From: Hormiphora californensis
Lineage: Eukaryota > Animalia > Ctenophora
Length of the DNA stretch: 64,000 nt
Assembly: GCA_020137815.1 (NCBI GenBank)
Contig: CM035355.1
Span: 1,674,001-1,738,000 of the forward strand
Direction: 5' to 3'
Position numbers and translations under genes: made by a program. Below are positions 38,016-52,627 of the stretch, one piece after another. The notes under the pieces were generated by a model that worked only from the letters and a program-made list of their open reading frames with translations, was not told where the DNA came from and searched no databases. Within the stretch, counting starts at the first letter, position 1. Every line of letters starts with the position of its first letter.

Positions 38016-38299
38016 TAACGACTGTGTAAAGACTGTGTAAACTCTGTGTAAATACTGAACTTTTTTAGGGATCCCTAAGGGGAAATCCTGAATTTCCAGG
38101 AATCTCAGGTCAAGTCGTTTGAAACGCACTTTAAGCTCTTTCTAGCCTGCTGCATTTTTTTTCGCGAGATTTCCGATTTCCCGTCGGCAATTTTGGCCAG
38201 CGTTAAAATCTGGGTGTTTCGTGAGTGCTGACAAACGATTTTTTATGGTTAGGGCTAAAGTAGGGTTAGGGTTGGGGTTAGGCCTTGACATTTCCTACC

Positions 38300-38917
38300 A
38301 GATCAGTTTTGAATTAGCCCGACTTGGAAAAAAGGCAGAGATCCCTACATGCCCCACAAACACCCAGAAATCGGTACAGACGAAGCACCACAACTCGTTT
38401 TCAAGTAGAGCGACCCGGTTATGGAATACCGTCCCCAGCGAAGTGAACTCAGCGGAAGATTTGGACTCATTCAAGATACTTCTGGGGAAATGACTAAAGA
38501 GATTCCCGGATCGTCCCCCGGTACTCTGATACCAAAAACAGAACAACAATTCAATATTGGACTGGATACGGAATGTTTCCAGGGAGGGGGAGGCTCTGTA
38601 AGGAACTGACACCAGTGTAGGATCTACACAAAGACAATACCAAGATACCAAGAGCCAAAACGGTTGAGTGGTTTAGCGGTTAGAGCCCTACCATGTAACG
38701 TGAAGACGGCAGAAGACCTAGCCTCATTCAAATTCCTTCTTGGCAAATGGCTGGAGAGATTCCCAGACCGACCCCCGGTGACTGGATACACTCGATAGAA
38801 CAACAATTCGATACTTGACTGGGAACGAATAGCTTCCAGGGAGGGGGAGGCTCTATGAGGAGCTGACACCTGTGCAGTATCTGCACAAAGAGGATTACAA
38901 GATTACAAGATTACAAG
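38300..38917 (+). mobile_element. Two tandem 3' fragments of CR1-clade LINEs
   Basis: NSF..RATRLWNTVP.EV..AEDLDSFK..L...L..FPDRPPV..NNSILDW, with the last part repeated (second fragment from ~38690). The second ends in (GATTACAA)3. Confidence 0.75.
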
Positions 38918-39276
38918 AGCCATTTTAGTGAATCAACTTTTTTGGAAGCGTGCACCTGTAAACAGGCCACGAAACACCCAGATCGTAACGGCGCCCGGCA
39001 ATTTGTCAAAAAAACGCTGCCTTATCCCGTGTGGCGCAGAACGGGGGGCCAGCTAAGTGGCGTTTGCCAACTTTTTTATCCGACTCATCATTCGCTGGCG
39101 CTATTGTTCTTTATTGGCATGGGCAACATGTGTTTTTGACCGATATGACGTCCATCATCAATAAATGTTCACCCTCTGGGTTTCGTGAGATTTCAGTTAC
39201 GGCAATTTTTTCGAAAAATCAATTTCATTTTATTGGCATGTGCAGCAGGCTTTTTTAATAATCCATTTTTAAATTA

Positions 39277-40037
39277 GGGTAAACCGGGGCAATTCGAACA
39301 TAGTACTGCCCGTCTCTCACCTAGTTAAGCTATCATAATGACGTCATCCTATCTCCAGAAGAAAACTGCTCGTTCGAGCCTGCCCGTTACCACTAAATAG
39401 GCTCTAGATCCGGTTTAAGTTGGTCAATTTCCGATTTGAAAAAACCAGCTGAAAGCTAATAATATCAGCTTTCAGATGGTATAAAAATTATTTAAATATT
39501 CGCATGTTTTCATTCCAAATTCTGGTAAATTAAGATTACCGGGGCAATTCGAACAACCGGGGCAATTCGAACATGGGCAATTTGGTTAACACACCGGGGC
39601 AATTTGGTTAACTCCCGGGCCAATGATGTGCAGTTCTTTGTACCACGTGATCACACGTGATACCGGGGCAATTCGAACAAGAACGACCAGTGTGTAGATT
39701 GCGTGTAGATTACATTGTTCGAATTGCCCCCACCTCTAACAACACCAGGCGGGAATCTTCTTCTGGTGTTGTGAGGACGTTCACGTGACTCCCACGTGAC
39801 GAAATAAAGCACTCCTATTGGTGTTGTCCGAATTGCCCCGGTACCATTTTTTCCGACCAAAATTTTTAAATTAGTTATTTAGTTAAGTAAATGATGGTCC
39901 CTAGAGTTGAAATTTATCTTATTTGAAAGATAAAATAATGAACTTTAATCCTATATAATTTTTTTCATTGTATCTTTTTTTAAATGGGAGTGAGAACCGA
40001 TTAAGTAAAAAGTTAACCATTTTGCCCCGGTTTACCC
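39277..40037. mobile_element. Non-autonomous TA-targeting DNA transposon
   Basis: 16-bp TIR GGGTAAACCGGGGCAA / TTGCCCCGGTTTACCC, TA flanks, several internal CCGGGGCAATTCGAACA copies. Confidence 0.85.
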
Positions 40038-41131
40038 TACTGGTCAGTTCTCATCCGGCATCCCTTGAGCAGAGTCGATTTCTGAGCTATCTTCGGCTCC
40101 TGAAGAGTTACATTTTACAAGATTTAGAATATTTTTCGTGGTTTGAAAGACATTCCGATCGCAACCGGGTCTTTACCTAATGAGCCATCAGGAACCCAAG
40201 ATATGATTGATCAAGCGAAAGAGGGGGTTTGAAATGGATTTACAGGGGACTACATGGTTTGTGGCTATTCTCATACCTCTCTGGGGTCACCCGTAGTTGG
40301 TCGACTATGGTCTCCAGAGGATACAATTGGCAGAAAGGGAACTGTCACCTGTGAATTATTGCATTCTAAATCTCAAGAATTACAAATGGGTTTGTAGCAG
40401 GTTAAAACTATACCGATTTCTCCCTGAGGACCCACTACCCACTCCCCACAAACCACACACGGTGTCCTGGAAGGAGGTTATACCTCCTTCCAGGACACCG
40501 TGCACAGTAATAGTGTATTATGTTCTTATATTAGTACTAAGGCCAGCTGGAGTGTTGTGTGTTTTTGTAACGCCTCCTTTTAATGTCGGATTTTTTTGAA
40601 GTTGTCACCCCCTTTTCATCCACAGCGTCGTATTTGCGCATGACAGCCCCCACTTGCTCTCAATTTTCGGCAAGAAGCCGCATATCATCGGAAAAACATA
40701 ATTTTGAGAGTCCAATGTCCAATGATATTTTCCCTCAATGTTCTGTTTGGGAGTGGGCCTGAGGTGATAAATGTTTATTTTAGTTAGACTCACTAAGAGA
40801 AGACCTGTTGTGTAATGCTGAAACTATATATTTTGTAAACTTGTAAACATACAACCGTGGTAAGAGAGGGTCGTTCAAAGCAACACCGTCCCGGGTATTC
40901 CTGAGATTCGGGGGGATGGGGGCGGGGATGCCCGAATTCCATAATCCATTTCTTCATGCTGACTACTATCCCATCTAATCCCCTAACTAATCATGAAGAA
41001 ATGAAATTTGGGCAGTTGTCCATTTTTTTGTAGAAAGTCATTCAACACATGTTTAGTGTGTTTCTATTGTGTAGCACTTTGCTGTCTACTGTGTGTCAAC
41101 CTAGTAAGCAAACCCTCCCCCCTCTCTAGCT

Positions 41132-42200
41132 ATGGACGGTTGGTCCTATTTGGATCAAGGTGCCGGCAGCAGCTCATTTCTTGTTACGGACATGGACACG
41201 ACGAACCCTCCCCGAATGATGGCGTCTGATGATATCAAAATGGATTGTTTCCAGACTGGACAGCCTGCCTTCTATACCGAGAAACCCCTGTCTCCTGAGG
41301 TTGAAGTGGTAAGTAGTGGATACCACATCTTGATAAGACGGTGACACACACAACTTGTGTGGCTGGTTAGAGAGGGGGATAGTGCTCCTTTATAGATTAC
41401 CATATAGAGGGTAATTATACCAAAACCACCACAGAAAACGTTTCTCTCTCTCCCCCCTCCCTACAATCTTTCTGAGAGACAGGAAAAGAATTTTTACTGC
41501 TCATGTTGATTTATACAAAACTTCATTAAACTGTTAAAACGTGTAATAGCTCTTATAGCATTCATTCAACAACATGTTGTGTAAGATACATTTTCTAACT
41601 TTCTCTCTCTTTCTCTCTTTCTCCTCTATTATCTCTCTCTCTCTCTCTCTCTCTATCTTCTCTCTCTCTCTTTCTCGCTCTCTCTTTCTCTCTATCTCTC
41701 TCTCTCCTCCTTCCCTCTCTTTACCTCTCACCTCTCTCTCCCTCCCCCTCTCTTTACCTCTCACTATACTATCACTCTGTTTATCACACCCCTTCGTTGC
41801 ACACATGTCTCCATCTTCCTCGACCTCTCTGCTGTTTTTCTCTAACATCTCTTGCCCATCCCTTGTGTATACAGCTCAGCTCTCTCTGCAACTTATCCTC
41901 CTATCTCTCCAACTTATCCCCTATCTCTCTCTCCACCATCTGATCTTCCTATCTCTCTCCCATCTTATCCTCCTATCCTCTCGTTTTCAATGTATACACC
42001 TTGCTCTCCATTACACAGGGTATGTAGTAGTAGGAGAGCATTGATAGAATAGAGTGAGAGCCACTACTAAATTATGAATGGAGTTCTCAAGAAGAGAAAA
42101 CATCCAGAAGCAAATCTTTAAAACATTAGTAGCGGTTCATGATATGCTTCAATAAAACAATTTCTCTCTCCCTTTCTCTCTCTCTTTCTCTCTCTCTCTA

Positions 42201-42272
<72 letters not shown>

Positions 42273-42288
42273 TTCTCTTTCTCTCTCT

Positions 42289-42356
<68 letters not shown>

Positions 42357-42982
42357 TCCCTGGTGCTGATAACAAGAAACCCTAAACTTCTCACCCTCCT
42401 TATGTTTGTTACACACTTTAGTTTGTGACATTGTGACACCCTGTGATTTTAACCGCTCTAAAAGGACCTCCCTTACCTAAAAGGAATGGCCTGCTTTTCA
42501 GTGAAAAAGTGCTAGTTAAAAGTTATGTACACAGTAGAAAGATATGGTAGTAGAAGTTTATACTTCACTGGCAGTCTACTGCAGCACTATTCTCCTACTC
42601 AAGAATATACTTGTCTCCATAATGCTATATTTCCCTAATTTCTATGCTTCTTTGTTGTCGCTAGATGTATGCTCAGTGTTCCTCAACATTTAATAGTTGT
42701 GTAGCAAGTAAACAGATCCAAAACATGGTTTATTTTCTGAGGGACCACTAAATAAACTTTTTTACTTTTGCCTTTTGGGACATTTGAATACCCCAGATCA
42801 GTCTAGACCCTGCCATTATGAGGCAGGAAGTCAACATTCCGGGAAAATTTTAATTTTACGTTATCTCTCCCCCTCTTCCTATCTTATTTATTTCTGTGTG
42901 GTGCACACTCAACGTTGAATGAAGGTAAAGGGACCCAGCCAGTGATTTGACCGAATTGGGAATGACAGACTGAGACGTACCG

Positions 42983-43064
<82 letters not shown>

Positions 43065-44053
43065 TCCTCTCTCTCTATTTCTCTTTCTCTCTCCCTCTCT
43101 CTCTCTATCTCTCTCTTTCTCTCTCTCCCCCTCTCTCTCTCCCCCTCTCTCGTTCTCTCTCTCGGATAATTCAGCGTGAACCAAAGGGAGGAGGTATTAC
43201 AGTATACACGGTCACTGACTGACCCCCTAATACCAGAAGTAAATGATAGCGTCATGATATAGGACATAGAATATAGATTGTTAGTTGGACAATCATGGAC
43301 ATAGCTAGCATCATGTATTATTCCGCAAGCAGAATAAATATACAGCGGGGCCCCGATTTAACGGGATACCCGATATATCGGGGTCTGAGTCGGACCGTTC
43401 GACTGTATATGTGTGAATATATTCAACATATATATCGCATTAGGACTCTGCAGCTGTAGCACACATAACTTCATTCCTATATACCCTTTATATTATCCCT
43501 GTTAGTATTCCTGTTTCAAGCTTCCTCTCTTGATATATATTGCGTTTATTATAAACTACCATTCTGAGGAACAAACTCGATTCGATTTAAATTTGATAAA
43601 ACGCGTTATTTCTCATACCTGCTTCCTCACCTAGGGTCGCATATCTCCCTCCTACGCTAAACAGGAGCTACAGCGTAAATTGATGAGCCGGAGAAGTATG
43701 GGAGAACTGCGGCAACAGAACCTCACTTCAGGTATGAGTTGGTATCACAATTTGGATCACCCTTCACACCCTCCCCCAACCCAGTTCACATCCTGGGTCC
43801 CACTCTCAATCACAATTCACACCCCTCCCCGTTCCCCACCCTCCCCACCCTGGATCGCGCTTGTCGAGATGTCGGATTATAATTCTACCGAGGAAGAGAT
43901 CCCTCCCCCCCCGTATTGACCCACTACAGACGTAGGAATATCACAACTCGTCGCGTGAATATATATATGCAAATTTGACACTGAAGTGTGTCGGCTTCGT
44001 GGACAGGAAAGCGATTGGGAAGAGAGACAGGAGTGATAGGGGAGGGAGATAGC

Positions 44054-44084
<31 letters not shown>

Positions 44085-47000
44085 AGTAAGAGAGGCTAGC
44101 GAGAGAGAGAGGAGGAAAGAGAAAACATGGAGATGGTAGGGAGAGGAGGTCGTTGCTAATTCCACTGCACGTACAACGTCATTTTGTTTGTTTAAGTGTT
44201 GTTTTTCTAAACTCAGACTGCAGACTTGTGTTCAGTCAAGTGTTCAGTGTTCAGAGAGACGTGTTGATATGTGTGTCTCATAACGTCATCACGGAAGACG
44301 GAACACTTCTCAACTAGTTGTTCTTGACTAGTTGTCTGTTGTTAGTGACTCGTATAATTAGTAGCTTGATTGTATAGGTGTGGACTGTAAACACTTGTGT
44401 GTATTTTGTGTGTGTTTGTGTGTAGACAGCAGTCTTCATATGCCAGTCCCATGTATGTAATAATATCTGTATGTCAGTATGCATGTGTGTATGTTGGTGA
44501 AAGTCAGTAAATATACTATTTGCTAAATACCCTTCATGTTCTAAATGCGAAGGGCTTGTCCCTCGTGTTTTTTGGCTCCTAACCAATTTTATAGTTTCTA
44601 CCTCACGAAGAGAGACAGAGAGGTGGGGAGAGAGGGAGTCCTCGGAATGGATTCATCTTGACAGTCCCCCCTTCTGTGTATGGCGGGGTTGAACCTAATA
44701 TACGTAGCGCGCGCTGCTCTACCAAACTTTAAAGTTGGTATTGACAGCATAGCGCAATGCTCAAACCTGTTTTCCTTCATCCGTACCGCCAATAATTGTC
44801 ACCCTCTCCTTGCTGGGGACGGAAGTGTGTCACACACTCAGGAATGTAACGTTAATTATATCCCAGGCCTCAGTCCGTCAGTACACGACAAGAGAATACA
44901 GCTGCAGAGAGCACAGGTAAGGTTATAAGGGAAGAGAAAGAAGGGAGAGATGGGAGAGAGGCAATGAGAGAGGGAGAGTGAGAGAGGGGTAACTGGGTAA
45001 CTACTTACGTCATGTTGAACAGAGAGGGAGAGCGAGAGGAAGGCCATTAAGACTAAACTAGTAATAACCGAGAGTTACCAAGAGAATCACGTTAACCACT
45101 CATGTCTCACCCCTAGACTACGGATTTGTTGAATAAGAAGATTCGTTACAGACCATGAGCAGGAGCGGTTAGTTAGTAACAATATTCTACAATTTGGTGT
45201 CTCTGGGAAAAGTAAGTACCTTTAGTGTGATACATATTTCAGATGTCAGATTTGACGTTGATCATGTCTTAAACGGTGTAATGTTCGAACAAGGAAATTT
45301 ATCCTTTCAAACCGTATAAAACAATAAGCCCACCTCAAATCCCTCACCAAATAACGGCTAACAGTGTGTTGACAATCAGTCAACACACTGTGTAACCTCC
45401 CTCTCTTGTGTAACTGGATAAAGGAAGCTGATATTTTGTCGGTGTTTTGTTACACACTGTGAGGGAAAGTTGAAACTGAGCACTCACACACACATGTGTA
45501 TTGTGTGTGTGACATCTCTCTCTCTCTCCCAATGTCTGACCTGTATACCACTCCTGTTCGAACAGTTGACGTTGATCCTAGTCTGGTCTCAAGACAGCAG
45601 AAGTTGGCCCGGGCCAAGCTAGGAGCCAAGCTAAGGAGGGATGAGGATCAAGCAACATTGGACACTAGACAGGTTCGGTTTGGGGCGTTTGTATTTTGTT
45701 GTGTAATATGTAATAGAGCAGAGAGAGAGAGGGGAAGAGTGAGAAAAGAGCGAGTAGGAAGATTACAGAGAGAATAAGACGCGTTAACTTCCATAAGCGG
45801 TAATTTCATAGGGATCGAGAGCGGTGATTCAAGAGATAATATCATGTAGACCGCAGATTTAAGAGAGATCGTAGTAGAAGAACTATAAGAGAGAGGACAA
45901 CTATGTGAGCAGAGTGAGCCATGTAACATATGAGAGACCGAGTTAAGGAAGGGGAAAGTGAGAAGATGAGATGAGAGGAGACCGATCTAATAGATTTAGA
46001 TGCATTGTTCCTGGATCCAATAAATTGAAAAGCATAGAAAGACCGAAGGAAATGATATGAAAAGGAAGTGGGACGCAATATAAAAGAGTGCGTGCGAGGG
46101 CGAGGACAACCTAACAAGTTTATGAGAGACGGCCGGACAAAGAAGAAGATTGGAGGAGAGAGGCGAGAGGGGGAGTTTTTGAGTCACTAATGAGAAAAAG
46201 AAGAGAGACGTGAAGCGCCCCTGAGGGATGCTAGAGATGTTGCCCACCGGGATTGCACCACGAGAATTCATACCCATCGAGTATCTGATTGAGCTTGCTT
46301 ATCTCGACCCTACAGAACACTTTATGAAAAGAGAGAGATCGAGATGCCAGAGACACCCTTCCAAGGAGACCGGAGAGACTACGAGAGAGGTTAACCGATT
46401 TTTTGATGGGCCAAAAGTCGAGGTATGAGAGAAGTGGAAGAATTTGATAGTCGAGGGAGCACATAAGACAGGAGTTGAGAAGGGGAACGGGAGGCGAATA
46501 CTCTGCAAAGATGGACCCTCCACCGGACGGGTTGTTAACGAGTAGAGAGAGAAGAGACCTCCGCAATCCACGCATGAGCAGAAGATGAAAACGTAAATTA
46601 TCGATTGGGTGCCCCGTGAAGACCCACACTCAGCTCATCGAGCCATCGCTATGGCAGAGCCCGGCGAGCAACGGATGCTGAGACTGGTGGGACCATGAAG
46701 ACCGGGCTTTCAGAGGCTGAGGACATAGAATGGTAAGAGCGCTCCGAGGTGCGAGACAGAAGAATGGAGAAGATGCGAGAGCCTACCAAAACACCGCCTT
46801 TCGTCAGACGGAGAACACCGAAGAGCCCGACCGACCGACGAATCTGAGAAAATGAGAATGACGCCGAACTATTTGTTTGAGGCATGAGAGGACAAATCAT
46901 AAGGATGTGGACTTCTGAAGAAGTAGCGATTGCGAGTGAGAGACGGGCATGTTATGAGCGATGAGAGTTTACTTACGAGGGTGTCCGCCGGAGAAGAGAA

Positions 47001-48109
47001 GCAACTCTGGAGAGACGGTTCGAGAGACAACCTGGGGGGGGGGGGGGGATTGGGGGGAGCAACCGGCACTTTGGGCCCAGGAGAGACTCATCATTTTCTC
47101 ATATACGAGCTCGCAGACGAGGATTGCAGAGTATCGAGAGCGAGAACCATGATTTGAGATAGAGCGATCACATAGAGTGACGAGAGGTCAGACCCGATCC
47201 GATATACGTGTAGGTGCGCTGAGAGGTAGGGTTTGCCGACGCTGCACTAGCACGAGAGAGGAGAGTCGGGAAGAGCAGAATGATTAGCCAGACGCGAGAG
47301 AAGACTGACGACGAGAGAGTGCTTGGAGCGAGATCGAGCTCAGGATCCGACGATGAGTAGCGAGAGAGAGAGATGCTCCGAGGCGATGAGGGAGAGACGC
47401 CGATGCCTCGCACCAGAGACTGAATCCTGACGGTGACTGAGCGAGCAAACCACTGAGATTACGATTACGGTGAGCTGACGACGAGAGTCGCACTGATGAG
47501 AGAAGATCGCCTGATCGGACGATTACTGAGGACCGTGGAGAGAGAGATGGAGATGAAGCAAGGAGGGAGAGCCGGCTTTGAACGGTAGAAATGGAGTTTG
47601 TTCGCAGCGATCGATGAGGACGCGGGGCCCGAAGAAGGCCGAGGAGCGAGGTAGCAAGTAGAGAGAGGTAGAAGTAGGAGGGGAGAGCGAGAGAGACGGA
47701 GAGAGAGAGGAGAGAGGAGAGAGAGAGAGAGAGAGGAGAGAGAGAGGAAAGGAGCGAGAGAATGTGGGTATGAGAGAATATTGACAAAGCAGATACCTGC
47801 TGCTGTTTAGCCTAATATTTCTCTGTCTCTTACTAACCCAAGATGTCAATGTACTAACTACTCATCGGTTTTTTCTTTCTCTCTTTAATGTTGGAGGGAG
47901 GAAAGAAAAAAAAAAGAGGAGCGAGAGCAAGAGAGAGATAGGAGACGAGAGAGAGCGCTAGATAGATCGCGCATCTATCGCGCATAGCAGAGAGAGGTAG
48001 CGATGGATAGATAGAGGCGAGGGGATCTAATCTCTTTATATCTCTCTATCTATCGATATATATTATATATAGATCAACGCTCGCTCTAGCTTCTCTCTCT
48101 CTATCTTCC

Positions 48110-48145
<36 letters not shown>

Positions 48146-51100
48146 TTCTCTCTTGTTACACATGTGCTCAGTCATTTTCGCTCTCCGTTCAACCCATTTC
48201 CTTGCCTGCACGCTCCGTCGTGTTTAATTTCTCTATTTTCGTTTCATCTCCAATCTCATTAGCGCGTTAATTGGAACATAATCACCATCATATTCTCTCT
48301 ACACACACATTGCCAGTGTACCTTTTTGTCAAGATGCTGCTGGGTTACTACCACTCTTTTAATGGTAATGTAGAGTTCAATCAGTGAGCTGTCTAGTAGT
48401 TATTTAGTTCAATCTCTTTAAAATGATTCAATCTCTTTAAATTGTTGTCTAATCTAGCTCTCTCTCAACCGTATAGCAAGGAGCAGCTGTTATAATACTG
48501 CTCCTCCACTTCATTCTATCTTTCTCTCTGTGTCTCTCCTCGCTTTCCCATGTGTCTCCCTCTTCAGTCGTCTCCTCTAATTCTCCCTCTCACCCCCTCG
48601 TCAGTCGTCTCCTCATGTCCCTCCCTCTCACCCCCTCTTCTTCAGGACCCTTGGAGCTGGTCCAGAGTAACATCATGCAACTGTCTGAACCTCTCAACGG
48701 GGTAATAAAAAGCGGACAGGTGGCATTCAGACCTAATGATAGTGCAACCAACTTCCATAAGTACAGGGACAAAACTAGTCCTGACTACCCGTACGATTCA
48801 ATCCAGCCCTCACCTGAATATGCACTGTCCCCTGAGAGGTAGGTAATTGCTGTAGAATGTTCTGAATTATGTCCCACAAAATACTTTCCTCTCCGAACCG
48901 GTCACGTAGTATGAAAATCTGAATTATGGATCTTGGAGCCTGAATACTATGAGAAGTTTGAGTGTCACTTTTTTGAGACACACTGTATTTTCAGCATTTG
49001 TTCCGAGGAGAATCTTGTTATGGAGGAACCCATTAGACCTATCCCGCTGAACAGTGATCCTATTCAACAACACAAATCTTCCCTACAAAAGGGCTCGCCC
49101 CGAGTCAGGGTAAGAAGAGACATCACAGAGCGCAGTGTGAGCCACACAACTGCGTGCAAAAAGAACGCACAACTCACATCAGCCACTCACTTGAATCATT
49201 GCTCTACAGGTAGACCCTGCTGTCACTATCACCCCACCATCTTGTAACCATGGTAACAATCATGGTAACGGTGGTAACGGTGGTAACCATGGTAACTTTA
49301 CAATGTTTGGTTTTCTGGAGGCTCTCACTGACAATGAGGCTGTCCGAAAGTTCCTTCACTCACAAAGGGGCAATGAATCACTCATAAGAAACACCTACAA
49401 ATTCTATACCACCGAAACATTGTGTCAACGAAGTCCAAGGAAGATTACACCTACTAAAACCTCAAGACAAATCGTAATCAGAGTCATATTCATTAGATTT
49501 ATCTCACTTCACTACCAAATTCCAAGATATATAATACACAGTAAGTTGAATATATACCCTCCATCTCGCAGCGTAAAAACAACAAGAACAAGGTGAAGAA
49601 GTTCAAGTACCACGAGTACAAACCCCCTGGATCCTCCAAGAGTGCAGCTGACAAGGCCGCTGCTAAAGATCAGACACCTCATGATATCATACTACAGCAG
49701 CAACAACTTCTTCTCCAGCTACAGGTATATATATAGAGGGAGAGAGGTCTCTAGATGGTAGTTGAAATATTCTAATTCCAAGACGAGAAACACCAATACA
49801 TGTATCCCATATAATATCCCGTATCCTAATGTCAATGATCGAATCAACAGGTGATGCAGAAGAACTACCCAAACCATATCCTGCCCAAAACTCTGGATGT
49901 CCTCAATGAAATTAGGGCTAAATCTTCCAATGCTGCCCCAACTGAGAGCCATCTAAATGATATGAAGGTACCTTTACTAATCGACACTTAATTCAGTTGT
50001 CTGATTGATTTCATTGTCAGGAAGTTAGATCTTCCCAAAACCTGAAATTAACCTGCTATTATTCCAGGTATCAGCCCTGAAGCAGGAGTTGAAGAAGAGG
50101 AACCTGCACACGTATGGGACAAAGAGTCAGCTAGTAGAGAGACTCAGGCCATATGTAGACAAGGACATTGTCAGGACACCAGCCCCTCCCCCCGACAGCG
50201 GCTCTACCAATCCGTACGTTTAGTAGTCCACCCTTTTAAAAAGGGTCTATCATATTTCCTCTTGTTTGTTTGTATACGACGTTTTAGGAACCTGATTAAC
50301 CCAGTATTTCCACGAGTTTGTTATGAATTATCCTTCAGAGATTTTAGGAGATCTAACAGTGAGGGAGATCAGCTAGATGCAACAAGGGCAGAAAGGAAGC
50401 CATCAGGACAGGCAGTGATATCTTTAGAGGATATCCTGAATTCTTCCCTGGAGACTCACATCTCCCCACCCCTTGGCATCATCAATAGCAATCCTAGTAG
50501 CAAGGAACAGGATGAGGTGAGTCAGTTGAAAGAAGTTGTCTATTGATTCTCTAGGCCAACACCCCCGGCACCACATACCGGCACATGCAACGACTAACCC
50601 CCTCATCTCGTGTCAGGGTTGTAACTCTATCCTAGACCATATCGGGTCGATGATGAACGAGTCTGAACCCATGAGTTACTCCCAACTACTATCGTCCGAT
50701 CAGCAGCCAACACCAGAGGTATGTGGAGAGTCTGGAGTTGTTGGGCTGGTCGGGAATTGGAGTGTCATGTTGATGGGATTCATGGGAATTATTTAGCTTG
50801 TCAGGATGTCTGTTGAGCTGCTTCCTCTTGACACACATATAACATAACAGGAATTATTACTCGCATGCCCGACTAATTTCTACACGCTTCAAGTTTAGTG
50901 TGCGTTCTATATAGGAACAAACGTACAAGTGTACACATGTCTCAAGGCCACGTTAATTGAATATTGCGTACTGTAGAAGAGGGTAGGGAGAAATTAGCAA
51001 TGAAGAGAGAGAGAGATACTGGCATATATTGTGGGAAAATAATGAAGAGAAAGAAGATGGAGAAATCATATTGTGAGATGGAAAATAAATGTTGGATTAT

Positions 51101-52026
51101 GTAGAAAAAGAGAGGAAGTGAGAGATCTCCCATCAATCTGCTTCTTTTTCTTCTGACCGTCTGTGTGTGTGAGTATCAGTAACTCCTCATTTAACAACTT
51201 CCTTTTCTCTCTCCTTTTCCTGCCAGCACTCGACTCCCTCTGTTACTCCCTCTGTTACTCCCTCTGTTACTCCCTCTGTTACTCCCTCTGTTACTCCCTC
51301 TGTACCTTCCATCACTCCCTCTGTACCTTCCCTCACTCCCTCTGTACCTTCCATCCCTCCCTCTGTACCTTCCATCCCTCAATCGGGTTAATAAATAGGG
51401 GAAATTAAAGAAAGCATATGTAATTACAGAACGAAATATATAAAGTAACTAACTAAATAGGTAAATTAAATCAATAACTCCTGTAACTTAACTAATGAAA
51501 TCTATTAACTTGCATCACTACAATCGGTAACACCTTCACACAGCCAATCACTATGCTAACTTAAACTCACTCCCTCTGTTACTCCCTATGTTACTCCCTC
51601 TGTTTACTCCCTCTGTGATAACTTCACTCACCTCAATATGTATATGGATATATAATAGGGTCGGTTAATCAGCCTTAGAACCATTTCCGGTTCGATTCTT
51701 TGTCGTTTGAGATTGTCTATTGTGTGAAAAAATAATTGTATATGTTTGTTTCTCTATATATAATATTATGTCTATGAAATTTGTATATATGTATAGTATG
51801 TATACTATTATTATATAATGTTTAAGAAAAGATTCTATTTGAGTCTGTATTTTTAACAGGGAAATGTTTGTTGATATATCTGTATTTTAAAATAAGGTAG
51901 TTAATTTGTATATATATATATCTATAATAGATATATATAAATATATATATATCTATATATATATATATATATTTATATCTCTTCTCTCTCTCTCTCTCTC
52001 TCTATCCTCCTCTCTCTTCTCTCTCC

Positions 52027-52065
<39 letters not shown>

Positions 52066-52553
52066 TTACAGCTGCGTGTGCCGGCCTGCCTATTGTCGGA
52101 CGCACACTCTCCCTGCTTGTGTTGAACGCGAGCCATTATACCACAAGGTTATTTGCCAGGGAGATCCCGCTGTTATTATTGTTGTTGTTGTATACCCGGC
52201 CAGTTGTAGGTGTGAGAATGAATTCTTGACGTTGATATATATTAAAGAGAGATATACTTGGACATGAGCCAAATTTCAGTAAATCTTTCACTTTCATTAT
52301 CTCTCATCTCTCTCTATAATGCCGATGTCATTTCTATCCTTCTCTCTCTGTCTTCCTCTTTTTTTTTTTTTCTTGATGCGTTTTTTTTGAGCTAATTGAA
52401 TATATTTCGCGACTGATGTGTACAAGTGTTACAGTAGGCATTCTCTAGTTGCAAACGGGAGAGAGAGAGCGAGAGGAGATGAGGAGAGGGAGAGAGAGAG
52501 GAAGAGGGAGAAGGGAGAGGAGGCAGAGACTGGGGGAGAGCGAAGGAGACGGA

Positions 52554-52627
<74 letters not shown>

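Larger units (their letters stand above)
36275..38076. mobile_element. Outer TIR element carrying two nested insertions
   Basis: TIR AGGGATCCCTAAAAAAGTTCAGTA at both ends. The long TIRs reassemble after removing the insertions at 36303-37654 and 37864-38015. Confidence 0.8.

Noticed and set aside
43343-43405. Tiny TA-flanked pogo/Tigger-like MITE (CAGCGG...CGACTG)
   Set aside because: TIR match is too short to call with confidence.
45700-48150. Hidden gene or element in the GA-rich MRTF intron
   Set aside because: Short unrelated ORFs with no motifs or termini; looks like low-quality consensus.
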